NCBI GenBank assembly: GCA_008632985.1 | Contig: QPGO01000222.1 | Span: 1 to 64,000, forward strand | Direction: 5' to 3' | DNA: 64,000 nt | DNA from: Psammoneis japonica | Lineage: Eukaryota | Shown here: positions 37,801-51,100 of the stretch, piece after piece | Numbering within the stretch: position 1 is the first letter of the stretch | Layout of the letters: each line of letters opens with the position of its first letter | Program-made: the position numbers and the translations under genes | The notes under the pieces: generated by a model | Databases searched by the model: none | The model's input: only the letters and a program-made list of their open reading frames with translations | What the model was told of the DNA's origin: nothing

Positions 37801-39060
37801 NNNNNNNNNNNNNNNNNNNNNNNNNNNNNNNNNNNNNNNNNNNNNNNNNNNNNNNNNNNNNNNNNNNNNNNNNNNNNNNNNNNNNNNNNNNNNNNNNNNN
37901 NNNNNNNNNNNNNNNNNNNNNNNNNNNNNNNNNNNNNNNNNNNNNNNNNNNNNNNNNNNNNNNNNNNNNNNNNNNNNNNNNNNNNNNAGCAAACCCGAAA
38001 CCTTTCCACTGCGCCCCTGCTGACGACAGAAATGGACAAACTCCTGGTTGATTCCAGCTGCCTCATGAATCATCTCGTGAGCTTCTCACAACTACGAATG
38101 GTCCATCCCAAAGAAAAAGGATCCTCTTCGTAGCAGACATGTGTAAGGTTTGGGTGCATCCAGGGCGACTCGGCTGGTTCTCCAACACTGGCTTGTGCGC
38201 CAAGGGGGTCGGTAGTCGGCAACCATCATTTCAGCTTGCTGAAACATTCATCTTAATTTTTTTTAGGCTGAAAGATCTCGATTGGTGTAACCGGCAAAGA
38301 GGGTGCTTCAGAGGGATCGACAACATACGACAGCACTGGAGAGCAAAAAAAAAAGAAGCATGATCGAACCGATGGTGCCGCCTATGAGACATAAGAAACG
38401 TGCAGGCAAATCATGGGAATGAGTCAACAAGCGGGGAGCACCGATGGTAGTTCCGGCACATGTCGAGCACATGCCGGTTGGGCATTGATTTCTTTATCTC
38501 AAAGTAAGATTTCAACGGAAATTTTGGGAACACTAACAGGTGGGTAGGAGATAACAGCTTCTGCGCCATCAACGTCGTCCACAGGGTGCTCTTCACCTTT
38601 TCCTTTCTTCTCTTCCTCCTCCTCCTCTGAAGGATGCATGAACATGAAAATGATGACACCAAACTTAAGAGCCCCGTCCAGGCGCCCAGAAAGGACGGCA
38701 CACAAGCTGTCGTCCACAGCACTAACCCAAGACGCCAAATCGGCGTAACGGGCGAGAGGCATTTTTCATCGATTACTCTTTGAATGCTACCGAGTACGCC
38801 TTTCAACTTTCCTCCGACCAAGAAGGTTCAGCGCAATGTTCACAGGCTCGGAAGAGCTTTTCCACGAGATCCTCAAATTCAGCGATTCAGTCCATTCCGC
38901 AATGTCCATGGCATCCCATCTCACACGGCGACTTTTGCTGAGGATTTTGAGCGATCGAACTGCAGATCTTCATGATGACATTTCCAGCCCGAGCATGATG
39001 CACCGTAAGGCATTTCTTGCATTCATGGTAAGTAGTGCTCACCTGGTATGGCACGGGCAA
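34867..39060 (+). mobile_element. Dispersed repeat 'R', copy 2 (>=4.2 kb including N gap)
   Basis: Near-identical to 59456-64000 on both sides of the gaps (37988-39060 matches 62941-64000). Confidence 0.85.
35013..36841 (+). CDS. Two-exon hypothetical protein (~578 aa) with C-terminal double RRSAR motif (copy 2, open)
   Basis: Exon 35013-36005, intron GTAAGT..CACAG 36006-36097 and exon 36098-36841 join in frame. Confidence 0.65.
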
Positions 39061-39879
39061 CACTGATAAAACATAACGCATCTTGGAACTTTGCAGGTCG
39101 ACCCCAGACGCATTTTTCACCACATCATAACTGTCGTTCTGTCATTTGCATTGGTTCGCATGGTTCGGTGCGCAAGTGAATGTAAAGGCAAACAGGCAAG
39201 AGGCGCGCAGGGGTGGCTTGCGGCGTTATTGTTTTCCCATCCACACAAGATGAGCTCCATCGATTCTTCTTCTCTGTTTCTCTCTCCGTCCAAATTTCAT
39301 CAATTCCTCCACAACAGTTCATTGTCGGTCGCCAGCAACCGGGATGCTTGCGCAAATAGCACCTACAGCATATGTGGGTGCAAATTCTGGTAGATACAAA
39401 CGACTCGTTGGAAATTATTTTGGCTTGGGAAACAAAGCCGCACTTCTCGCATAGCATCCTTGCCATCAGCGCTCAAGTCGTATCGATCGTCACGTTAGTG
39501 CGGGTGTTCTATCTACACGGCATCATTGTCGCTTCTTGGACCGTACAGCACCGTAGGACATTCGATCAGAACATCCAACGACGACACCATGCAATGATAA
39601 CTTACCGACTACAGTGTGCTTGCCGATCACCGATCATTCAGCAGACGATCTTTTCTTCGATTTTTGCTCGCAGCAAAAATAACACGGGATTTTGCCGTGT
39701 GAAAAAGAGCCAACAATGGATGCACAGACAGACGATCCTCGAATTTTGCTCGCATCAAAAATAACACGGGATTTTGCCGTGTAAAAATGGATGCACAGAC
39801 AGACGATCTTCTAGTTTGACTCGCATCGCTCGCGCAACGCTTTGCCCCGCCATCCGCCATGCTTTACTGTAGGTAGAGC

Positions 39880-40935
39880 CTGATGCCATGATAAAACCCG
39901 AAGGCTTTGAAACCTGCGTGAGGAGCAATGACGGCGGCTCTCGTGATGAAAAGCTCTTTTCTCTAATTGGTTCTCGTACTAATGCCCATTCGGGTTCGTA
40001 CTGACCCACGTATGGACGATATTGTGGATTGGGTCCGTTCAGAGGGAGGCTTCTTCAACGAGAGTATTGTAGAGATGGGAAGAAGCAAGTGGTAAAGAGT
40101 CTGAAGATCCTCGCTACTATGATAATGTGTGCCGCTTGGCAGGCAAGTTGATGCAACCCTTATGTTACCTTTTTAAAGACTCAAAAGCATGGTCAGTTGC
40201 CGGCAACATGGTCGAAAGCGGGAAAAGAAATGCTGCGAAAAGTACTGACTCCAGAAAGTGACGTTGTGGATTTCATCGATTGGCACTATGGTGAATGTGT
40301 GCAAGGCAACGTTGAAAAAGAGCACGCGGTGGCAATGGCCGTTCAGCGGGGCTATGATACAGCACTCATTCACTCATTCCAATATGGGATATGGTATATG
40401 GTGAACCATCACAATGGAATACTCAGCACAGAACATAACCCTCTTTATGAGAATGGTAAGGACGGAATTCTCGGCGTTAGATATTCCAAAACGATCCGTT
40501 AAGGCGAAGAAATATACGCAACCTACGATCTATGCATTGACTGTGGAGATATAGTGAGTATTGGGGTATGGCTGAAATCCTCCGAGACTTTGGATTTGTG
40601 GAGGGAGATCCCCAGCGCTGGATCTTTCCCGATCACGGTATTTACTTCGAAGTGGAAGGGTACTACGACGAAAGCGAAGAATTCGAACTTGACGTTTGGT
40701 TGGAAGTGGAGCCCGAGTACCCAGGAAACGACGTTTTTGGATTGCCAGAAAAGAAAGGAGTCTGTTTTCTTCAGCAGCATCTCAAGGAATTTGAAGAAAT
40801 GAGGGATTCAGACCTCAAGGCTAGAGGATCTGTGCCAAAAATGAATGGGATATTATAATGCAGTTCTTCAATGTGAAATCAGACGCAATAGAGGCTGCGC
40901 TTGAGTCTTTAGAGGAACACGACAACGAGCTGTAA
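39880..40935 (+). pseudogene. SET-domain methyltransferase (LSMT-like) pseudogene
   Basis: VDWVRSEGGFFN, GQLPATWS.AGK, MVNHHNG, (stop)GEEIYATYD.C.DCG and EILRDFGFVE..PQRW. In-frame stop at 40500 plus frameshifts. Confidence 0.7.
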
Positions 40936-40971
40936 GGTGTTTTAAAGCTCCGCCTTACTACAACTTATCTC

Positions 40972-41530
40972 TTGAGGAGATACGCGAGCAGAAGGAATTT
41001 CTGGATCCCTGTGGTATGGAATGCTCAGACGAGATTGTCGAACGACTTGTCGGTGAACAAGTCGATAAGGTCGGAGTCTGTCTTTGTTGACGGAAGCATT
41101 GGAGCTGGCCTAGTGGCTCGTCGTGCCCTGGATAAGTCGGGACTCGTTTGCATGTATCTTGACGTCAACGATACGGTCGAGACGAAGAACAAGAAGATTG
41201 CGTGGTATCAACTAGGGGATGCCACAAACGAAGAAAAACAAAGGCCTCATGTGTTAGTGCTTCACTTTGAGCATGCAGCTGGACTAAACCTTCAGACGGA
41301 ATGCTATGAAATGATTCTATTTTCGCCCCTTTACTTTGGAGAGGGAGGCGCAACCAGCGATGCTGTCTCGGACGCCAGCGCGGAACAGCAGGCCATTGGG
41401 AGAGTGTTTAGACCCGGACAGAGCAGCCCGGTTGTTAATCTCTTCAGGATTGAAGTTCGTGGTCCCAACGATGGTGCCTTGATGGTCAGCTAATTCGCCG
41501 AAACACTGACGAGGAGACGATCGCAATGGC
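40972..41530 (+). pseudogene. SNF2-family (Rad5/16-like) helicase C-terminal fragment
   Basis: VLVLHFEHAAGLNLQ and EQQAIGRVFRPGQ (helicase motifs V/VI). No N-terminal ATPase domain or clear start. Confidence 0.7.
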
Positions 41531-41599
41531 AATCAATGCTGGGGATGAATGAAGATTATGTGGTGCTTGCTGTAATCGTTCTTAGTGTTGATATATTTA

Positions 41600-44500
41600 G
41601 CGCTTGCTTGTTCCTCCTTCTGACACTTCAGATGAGCTCCTTCCTCAAATTCTTGTTGTCCAAGTTGACTCTGCCCAGCCTTGTTGCCTGTAGCCACACA
41701 CAAAGAGAACATCATTTGAGAAACATCCAGACTTGTTTGGTCTGCTGCAACTTAGAAATGGCTGGCTGCATCAGCACTGCATCCATTGTGTGCAAAGTGT
41801 TGATCTTGACAACAAACTGGGTTTCACAGAAATGGTGCTGGGAGAAGAATGTGCCCAAAGCCATTAACTCCAGCTGCTGTGGTGTGCATTCAGAGTCAAA
41901 AGAGCAGACAGCTGAGGGGGGGGGGGGTTGTCAAAAATCTAGCTGCAGCAGGGCCTCCACATCTTGCAGCTTGATCTGCAAACATCCAATGGCCTCCCAC
42001 TGCAGAAATCCCCTTCACACACTTTGGAGGATTGCATGCTGGCACGCCAATGGTTCAGATTTGCTCAAGCACAGGCTTTCCCCCAGAGAGCCACCTGCTG
42101 CCAGCATTGTCACATTTTGAAGAGTTTTTGCCACACCATTGGTCAAGTGCCAAAAGAGTGAAGAGAAAAGAAAATCTCCAATGCAAAGGATTGGGCAACA
42201 CATTTTCAGGCACCCCCTGGCAGATGACTTGATGCACCCAGACATGACTTGCCCATGAGATTTTTCATTTTGTTGCAAAGGCCACACGCATCATTGCTCA
42301 GCAAGCCATGCCCTCTGCTTGCAAAAGAAAAACATCCCTGCACACACCAGTGCAAAACCAAATGCAATGGATTTGACATGCAGGTGCGAACAGCGCACAA
42401 TCAAGCAATCACAATTCATTGAAGAAGTCAACTGTTTTTTTGTTCTGCAGCATGTCGAGACTCACAATCAAGGCCTCTGTTCTTGGTGCAATTGCCACAC
42501 CAAGCACAGAGACAGGATGGCCCCCATTGTCAGCATGCAGAGCTGCACTCTCCCGCATTGGAGCCATGTTCTCCCACACAACAATGAAGGGAATTGAGAA
42601 AGACAGACACCATGTGCTTCTTTGAGAGTGTGCTGACATGAGCTTTGTGAACAAACCGCTGCAGGGGATGCTCAGAAAAACACCCCTCTGTCTGACAGAT
42701 TGGCTTGTGTCTGTCACAGATCAAGCCAAAAATGGGAGTCCACAACTTAAACATCATGCGCCACTTTGCCAGCTCTGCATCCTTGCATTTTCAGAGCAAA
42801 CAGTGTTGCAGCACGGTCAGGGTTGGTGGAGTTTCAAATTTGGGTCAGGGGACAGAGAGTCAAAATTTTGTGGCAAACTTAAAGCAGGTGTGTGACAAAG
42901 CAGAATTCCATCTAAAAAGTCAGTCTGTGACCTGACCAAGTTAATCTGTGAGGAGCCAGCACCCAAAACACCTGTGGCTGTCAGGCAGGCCTGACAGATT
43001 GGCTTGTGTCTGTCACAGATCAAGCCAAAAATGGGAGTCCACAACTTAAACATCATGTGCCACTTTGCCAGCTCTGCATCCTCCTTGCATTTTCAGAGCA
43101 AACAGTGTTGCAGCATGGTCAGGGTTGGCAGGGTTTCAAGTTTGGGTCAGGGGGCAGAGAGTGGAAATTTTGTGGCAAAACTTAAAAAGCAGGTGTGTGA
43201 CCAAGCAAGATTCCATCTAAAAAGTCAGTCTGTGAGATGACCAAGTTAATCTGTGATGAGCCAGCACCCAAAATGCTTGCCACAGGTGGCACACAGCTGT
43301 TGGTGCCAACAAGATTAACAATGCCATCAACACAGGCTTTCATGCCAAGAAATGTTGTTTCTTTTGCTCAGAACACTGCTTCAATGCTGTTTTTCATCAC
43401 TCCCATTGATTGCACGACAACTCCTCTGAAACACAAGAGCTTCCTTTCTCCAAAACAATGCAGCCATTTGAGTTGATGCACTCATGCCCAGTGCCATGGT
43501 TGCTGCAAGTGCCTGCCCCTCCAATGACTCCCTGTCATGTTCCCATTGACTGAATGATCATGGCCACTCCAACACACAACAGCTTCCTGCCTCTGAAACA
43601 ATGTTGCAGCTGCCAGAGCTGAAGCACTCATGCCTCCCACAGATGCCACCATGGCATTGGCGCCTGTCCACTGCAGCTCAAAGGTGGTTGAAAACATTCC
43701 AAGAAAGACACACAACATGCATCACAAGGAGCAAGAACCTCATGCTGAGCTCCAGCCATCAAGCTGTCTTCACCCATCTTGACATTCAAAGTCCAGCCAG
43801 TGCTGCATGCTGTGAGCTGAGTGAACCACCATTGCTGATGCCCCACTGGCAATCAACAAACTGCACCCAAGACTCAACTGGCAGCTGGAACATCATGATT
43901 CAGCAGTGTGGTTGTTCAAATCTTCTTTGTGCAATGAACAGATTTCTTGCTTTTAGCTCATTCATTGGATCATCTCATGCTCTCTCTCTCCAATGGAGAA
44001 AGCCATTTGTCATCTTTTGACTCCTCTGCTGCATTTTTCACTCTTTCTTCTGTGCCACAGGGCATCTGCCATTGACCAATTCCAACAACAAAAGGATGAA
44101 ACTTGCATTGTTTGGCAAGCTGAACTCTCAATCTGTCTGTGCCACAAGGCATTTGCCATTGACTGGTTCCAACAACAAAAAAGGATGAACTTTGCAGTTG
44201 CTTCCATTCTTCCAAGAAGAGGAATTGCAACTCATTTCTCTGTTGCATTCTCTGTCTGCAGTCACTGTTTGACAGGTCTTGTTCAGATGTCCCAGCTCCT
44301 TGAGACTTGTTTTTTTACAAGCTTGGCATGCTTTGGTAAAATGCAGGCAATGTCTGTTGCAACAGCTCTCTCTTGAAGACAGGGGAGCAGCTTCAGCTTT
44401 CAACATGACATCATGGAGTGAGGGGAAGGTGACGTGAACTCTTTGACTGCATGAGCCAAGTGTTTTGTCTTTCAGCTCATTTCACAACAGACTCCACCGC

Positions 44501-47500
44501 CATGAACGCTGAGTGTCAACCTTGCTGCAATCAGATCAACAGATTGTGCAATGGCCAGCACTTTTGTCAGAAATGTGCAGCCAGTGACTCACTCAGTCAA
44601 CCCCTCGTTTTGTGTGGAACTTGGCAACAAAGTCTTTTTCATTGTCTTGATCCATCAAGTGTGGCTTTGCAGTCCTTTCCCAAAGATGCCTCCCAGAGAG
44701 AAGGATGCCAACGCTTCACCAACCTGTTGTCTGAGTCTGTTCCATGTCATGTGCAAGTTTGTTGACTCCTCCCAGCAGCTGATGACAAACAATTGCTTTG
44801 TTCCCAGCAAGACTGTTTCACACTGCTTGTTGTGATCATGCTGTGCAGATGTGACTGGTGCTGTCAGCACCATTCTTGCAAAGTCAAGACAATTCTCTCA
44901 GTCTTTGCCAGGCAAGTCAGAGCACAGCAATCTGGTTGCAGATGGCATGACAATGTTTTTGTTGTGTCATCACCACTTGTGAACAAAGGGGAAGTTGGCA
45001 GCAGACATCCTGCATCAATTTGATGATGGGAAGCTTCTGGCAAAAACAGGCAGGCAGGTCTAAAAAGGTCTGTCTTGGGAGCCTGAGGCACTTGGCACCC
45101 ACTTGGACCAGCTTTCTTGCTTCAAACTCACCTCTGGAATTCAAAAACATGAAGCATTGCTCAACTTGCTCAAGAGATGAGCTGAGAAATCTACATTGAA
45201 ATGAGAGAAAGTCTCTCCAAGCTGCAAGAGCACCATGGCTCCACTTTCTTAAATCATCTTGGGACTCTGAGGCCTCCAAGGGGAGCACTTGCAATTTGAG
45301 GAGAAGCTTTTCAAGCATCAGGCACAGTGCACAAGCCATCTTGGCCTTGGGGAATGCCCCCCCCTCTTGTGCGTGAAGCTTTCTGGCGGGAGCTTGGGCC
45401 AAAGCTTCACAAACGTCTGCTCCAGCTGTTCTCAATCAAGCAATCTGGACCAACAACATGTTTTGCAACATTTGAAAAGAAAGAATCAGCACAACAAGAT
45501 TTGGCCATGCTCAGTGTCAATGAAGACAAGCAGAAGCCTTGAGCATTTTTAAAATGAACTGCTCACTTGTCTGCAGTCTGCTTTGGTCTGCCAGCATTTC
45601 CACCCCCCTCATGGTTGAAAAGACACCTTGGCACATGAACACTGTGCAGATCGTCCACCAGCCAAACCCTGTTGCAACATTTCAGACCATGAAGAGACAA
45701 TTGTGCATCTTGTTTGATGTCAAGATGCTTCATCTTGAAACGGAAGTGACCGGGAATCAAAAAAAGACTGCACAACTGCAAATCACTCTTTCTTCTGCAT
45801 TCTGCAGCAGGATGACTTTTCTTTTGAGTCGTCCAAATTGCAGGATCTCAGACACATGCATTGCAGACAAAGCAGTGCCAGTTGAACATGCCACAACGTC
45901 TGTGTTGTCATTGGCTTTCTTCCCCATCCTCCTCACTGATCTCATCCTTGCCCAAAATGTTGTGCAAAACAGGATTGGTCTCACTGGGGGTGAGTCCTGG
46001 GGGTGATGTCTTCCTCTTGGATGCCTTTTTTGGGTGGCAAATTGGGCTTCAAATTTTTGGGAAGGGATTTGGAAGTCTTGGCAATCCTGTCAATGTCCAC
46101 ATTGACCTGGGAGAACAATGCAAAATTCTCTCCAGGACTCAAATGCAAACAGCATGCTAAAGACAGATCTCACACCATGAAAGTTTGGGAGCTGCACTTG
46201 AAAGTCATGCAGGTCTTGAAGGAAAGTCACAAGAGCACGCTTTGTTTTCTTTGGCTTTTTTCAAGGTTTGTCCTGACTGTTTTGCTTGTGTCTTTCACAC
46301 AAGGCCACCAACAAGAGTGGCTGCGTTGTTCTCACTGCTCACTTGAGAAACACAACAGTTTCATCATCGCAGTTGTCCCAACAGCATGAAGAGTTGTGAG
46401 CTGCTTTTTTGGTGGAAGCCCCTTTTTAGCATGACCCCAAAACTCTGTCACAAGAGCATGGTTCTCTGGCTGTGGAACTGAAGGGGGCGAAAAGAGGGAA
46501 GAGGGATGCCAAAGTTTTGTTTGCTGAAGCTGCTGCTGCCATGTGCAGTTTTTGGCAGAGCTGTGGCTGCAACAGCTCTCACCATGCAGGGGCCATTTGC
46601 TGCTGGTAAGATGCTCACGAAGATGAGTCGTCACTGATCCACCATGCAACACCTGACACTGGAAGCATGGTGTCAGCTGCCCCCGTGGCGATTGTTGGCA
46701 AATGCAACTCACTTCAAATCAAGATCAGCAGGGCCCCAATGCCAGCTAGATTGCTGTGGTGCCAGTGGCACAGGCTTCAGCCCAAAGCACTTTCCACTTT
46801 TGGTTTGGACAACAGCTTGCTGGTGATGAATTTGACACCTGCCACAGCTCTGCAAACATGGCTCATGGGATGGAAACAAGCATGCCAAGCAAAAAACTGA
46901 GTCAGGGTGGATGCACAATCGTCCAGTGCAATGGACTTGACCAAACTGCTGCCACTGGCAGATCATTGTCTTCCAAAAACTTGATTGCATGTTCATGGTG
47001 TTGGTGTGTGTTGAGAGCTGAGTTGTTCCCACAGCAAAGCAATGAATGTCTGCAGAATTCAATTGCCACAAAAATGCTCTCTCTGACAAACCGAGATGAT
47101 GCAAGTCATGTCTCATTTGCCGGATGGCATGTTAAAATGCATTTGATTGCAGCAATTCAATGGCAAAGAATCACGTGATGTGTGCAATGCCCCCTTTGAG
47201 AAATTTTGGTCCATCCAATCAAATGAACGCACCCAGAATTGAAAATGCCATCCAACCACGTGCTGCTGTCACTGCCACCATGACAAATGCAGACTGGCTT
47301 GAGAGAAGCTCACCACTCATGAGATTTGTTCAAAGCAGAAGGCAGAAGGTGCCATTGATGCTGACTGCCTCAGTCTTGCTGCACGTGCTCTTTCGTGATC
47401 ATTTGCGAGGATCCCTTTGTCTTTGAAAAATGATCCACAGGCCTTTGGACACACCACAGTGGGGCACGCCCCCCCCAATTTTCCATTGATCCTGCCACAT

Positions 47501-50500
47501 GGGCTCTGTGTGAAATGCAGCATGTTGCAAACCAAGTGGTCCAAAAGCACAATCGTCCACTCACAATGTTGTGCCGCACACACAGCACATGGAAAACACG
47601 CGCAAATGTTGTCTTGTTTCTTCAAATCACCCTGCTGTGTCCAAAGGCCCAATGATCTGCATTTTTCAATCAATCTTTCTTGGAAACAGAAACGGCAGCA
47701 CACCTCAAAGAAGAAGGGCTCTCACCTCCTCCACAAGAAGAGCCTCATCTGCCAGTGGACAGACTGGCCACACCTCTTCTTGAAGAAATTCAACTGGAAA
47801 TCATGTGCCTGAAGAACACAAACAAGTCATTGCAAATCAACGGGGCAAACAATGAATCCAAGCAACCCCAGGAGGAAGAGGATCAGCGGAGTTGGCACCC
47901 GCACAATGATGGTCACATCAGCAACAGCCACCACTTGCTTCTGCCCACTCAACGGTCTTGCAGCGGGCCCTTTGATGGCAGGACCTTCGACTTTGGGAGA
48001 GCCAGTTGCCACTGGTTTGACCAAATTTGGTGCCTGAACACGCTGCAGTGCTGAAGAGGAAACACAGTGCTGACTGATCATTTTTTCCACCCTGTTGAAG
48101 CCAAAGGTTTCTTTTGTGGCTTGGATGAGGAGGAGGAGGAAGAGGAAGCTGTCAATGCAGCACGCGATTGCAAGCAAACAAAGAGGGATCTCTCACTCTT
48201 TGATGCGACAAATGCCATGCAAAGGCCGCAAACAGTTTTGCACCAAGTTGGTCGCCCAAGCAACATCTGGGCAGGGAGATCATCACACGCATGACAGGCA
48301 TGGGTCTGAAATGAGGAAGAGAGTTGCCAACTCCGCACCACAGACTTCTGCGCACCAAATCCGCACCAAATCCACACCAAATCCTCACCACGGCATTTTC
48401 ATTGAATGTTTGACATCACCATCCATTGATGCATGTGCGCTGCCACATCACCAAATCAAACCAATTAAATTCCCCCCCCCCCCCCCCCCCCATCACCACA
48501 TGGAAAACAACAGACACAACTCTCACCGTTGTTGCATCATTGTGCCACACCAGTGCAAAAGTTGGAGTCAAAAGCACTGCCATGCCAGCCATTTGGTGCC
48601 ATCACACCACACATTGTTGGTGCATTGTCAGGTTCATGGTGCACCAGACCGGCAAAAGCACTGACACACCAGCCATCAGCCGTGCAAGCTGCAGCGCCAC
48701 TGGCTGGCACACCATGCAGTGCACAGCACCTCGTTGGCTTCACAGCATGCAGCACGGCAAAAGCATCAGGAACCTGCCACAGCAGCCATTGGCCATGCGA
48801 GCTGCAGCACTGGCATGCCACACATTGTCACCTTCATCACAACGGCAAAACTGCTGCCAGATCACCAGCGCAGCGTGTGGTGCCGGCAAAACCACTGCCA
48901 TGCTGGCCATTGTCGACACCAGCTGTGGTGCTGTCATGCCATGCACTGTCAGGTTCACAGCATGAGAACCCTGCCCAGAGAGTTGGTGTGCCACTGCTCA
49001 AACAGCGCAGGGAAATGTGTGACGGCGTCTCTGCCAGTGCTGCGCATCTTCCTGATTGGCTTGATCAGCGTGGTGCGGCCAACACTGCAGAGGAAGAGCC
49101 AAAGAAACAAAGCATGGAGCTGAAAGCAAAAGATTGGATCACACCGCGAGATGTGAAATCATGCACCAACTCCAGCTGACGTTTGCAGAGAGCCAAACAT
49201 TGAACAATGCAAGGCATCTTTTGAGCAAAAGGCTGATCAGCTCTTCCCTGTGGGCCAAGCATTTGCAAGTTGTGCCCAACTGGCAAAGGCTGCAAAGCTT
49301 TTTTTGGACATGTGGGGTGTCATGAGTTGTCACAAGCAAAAACGAGTAAATTGTTTCCACTCTGTGAGCACCAAGAAAAGCAAAAGAAAGGCTCAGCCGC
49401 TTGCTGAGAACTCCAGCAGTCGCAATGTGGGCCCATCCTTGAAAAAGCAATGCAAATGCCCACTTCACATTGAGCACAGTTTTGTGAGGAAAGTCAAGGA
49501 TCCATTCACAGGAAAGGTTTGGCCTGACATGTTTTGCAATGTCAAGATGACAGGTGCCGTGTACAAACACACGTGTGACCTCCACACGGTTTCCCATCGA
49601 GTGGCAAAGCAAGCAAGTGGCTCAATTCAACCGAGCTCAGAGGGGCTCCAAAGCACCATTGATGATCTCAGGCTTGAACCTTGCATGAAAGCCGAGGATC
49701 TGCGTCCAAAGCTCCTCAAGCATTTGCCGTTGCACATCGGATGCAAAATTCATCAGAACGCAAAATTCATCAGCAACTTTCGCAGCCTTGTCAGCAAATG
49801 GACATTGCAGCATGAGGAAGACAAAGAGGGTGTTGTGTGAAGATCTGCAGCAACTTGCATCAAAGCACCCCATTGCATCAGATGAACTTGTTGTGCCAAC
49901 CTTTGGCATCAGATGGTGTCAGCATGCATGCTGTGCAAGCCCCGTTTGGCACCTTCAACATTCCATGGGTGGAGAAGTGGCAGTTCCAGCAGCAGCAGGT
50001 GCAGTGCAAAGTGCCTTTCTCACAGCCTGACTGGTGCTGTGTCCCCTTCTTGTCACCCGACTGTAGAAATTGCAGTGGCAGCAGCAGAGGCTCTTGCAGC
50101 AGCAGCAGCCAGTGGCAGTTGTTGCCCCACCAGAGTGGCAAGTGACAACAGCCACAACTGCAGTTGCAGCAGCATTCACAGCGGGAGTGCCGCAGTGATG
50201 CCCTGTCCCCTTCTCATCACCCAGCTGGTGCCGCACCCCCTTCCAGCCACACAACAATCTGAGTGGCCATGGGGACAGATGTCAATGCAAAACAAATGGG
50301 TTGAGAAAACAAAGAAAGAGAGTCAGCGCTGAGAATGTGTGTGAGATGTCCACCACAGCACTGCACCTTGTCCCCTTGTTGTCCTCAACCAACCAAAGGA
50401 ATCCCTGTCCACAGCAGTTGCAGCTGCAGCAGCAGTCACATCAACAGCAGTCACAGCAACAGTTTTCGCCCCCCCACAAGAGTCGCAAGTAAAAACAGCC

Positions 50501-51100
50501 ACAGCAGCAGCTGTGGCAGCAGTTGCAGCAGCAGTTGCAGTGGCAGCACCACATCCCCTTCTTGTCACCCAAGAGTTGATGCAGAGAGTGCGTGCTGGAT
50601 GTGCTCACCATGGAGCATGAGATGGAGATTCAGAGACAACAAGCAACAAGCTGGGTGCGCGCACAAATTCTGCCTCTGCAAGAAGCCATTGAGAAATGCA
50701 GCAGTGCTGGAAGAGAGAAACAGCATCAAAGACAGCACACTCACTCACCAGAACTCGCCAGTTCAACAACATTGTCGGCAGCAGCAGGGAAAAACACTCC
50801 AAACACACCAGCCAGCCAAAAGGAGTGAAAACACCAGAAACTCCGGAGGTGCAAACAAACAAACACCAACATCTCACTCAGCGTGCATTGGCTCCCACCC
50901 ACACAGTGTCATCCCAGTGACATTCAATTTATGAACGGGGCCAAGTCTCCACAATGCTGCAGTGCTGTTCTCAGCGAGCGATGACTTGGACGACGCTTCC
51001 AACTGCCGTGTGTGCTGTGTGCCGGGCATGCGCTTGTGTTGACGCGTGTTTTTTTTTTGTTCTTTTCGCGGTGCTCGACAACACTGCATTATTATGGCAT
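41600..51100. repeat. Large TpA- and CpG-depleted tract of degenerate TE/repeat DNA
   Basis: Composition by eye; contains tandem duplications and a MULE relic. Confidence 0.8.
42692..43271. repeat. ~300-bp direct tandem duplication
   Basis: CTGACAGAT(T)GGCTTGTGTCTGTCACAGATCAAGCC...GAGCCAGCACCCAAAA occurs at ~42692 and ~42991. Confidence 0.9.

Noticed and set aside
39640..39812. ~80-bp tandem duplication (also ~90 bp at 44050-44197)
   Set aside because: Ordinary local slippage duplications with no further structure.
40972..41493. Calling the SNF2 fragment DNMT5
   Set aside because: Only generic helicase motifs V/VI are visible, with no methyltransferase domain in the window.
46900..47000. 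Minus-strand peptide VAAVWSSPLHWT resembling the histidine-phosphatase SSPLxR motif
   Set aside because: Too short and inside hypermutated DNA, with no supporting RHG motif.
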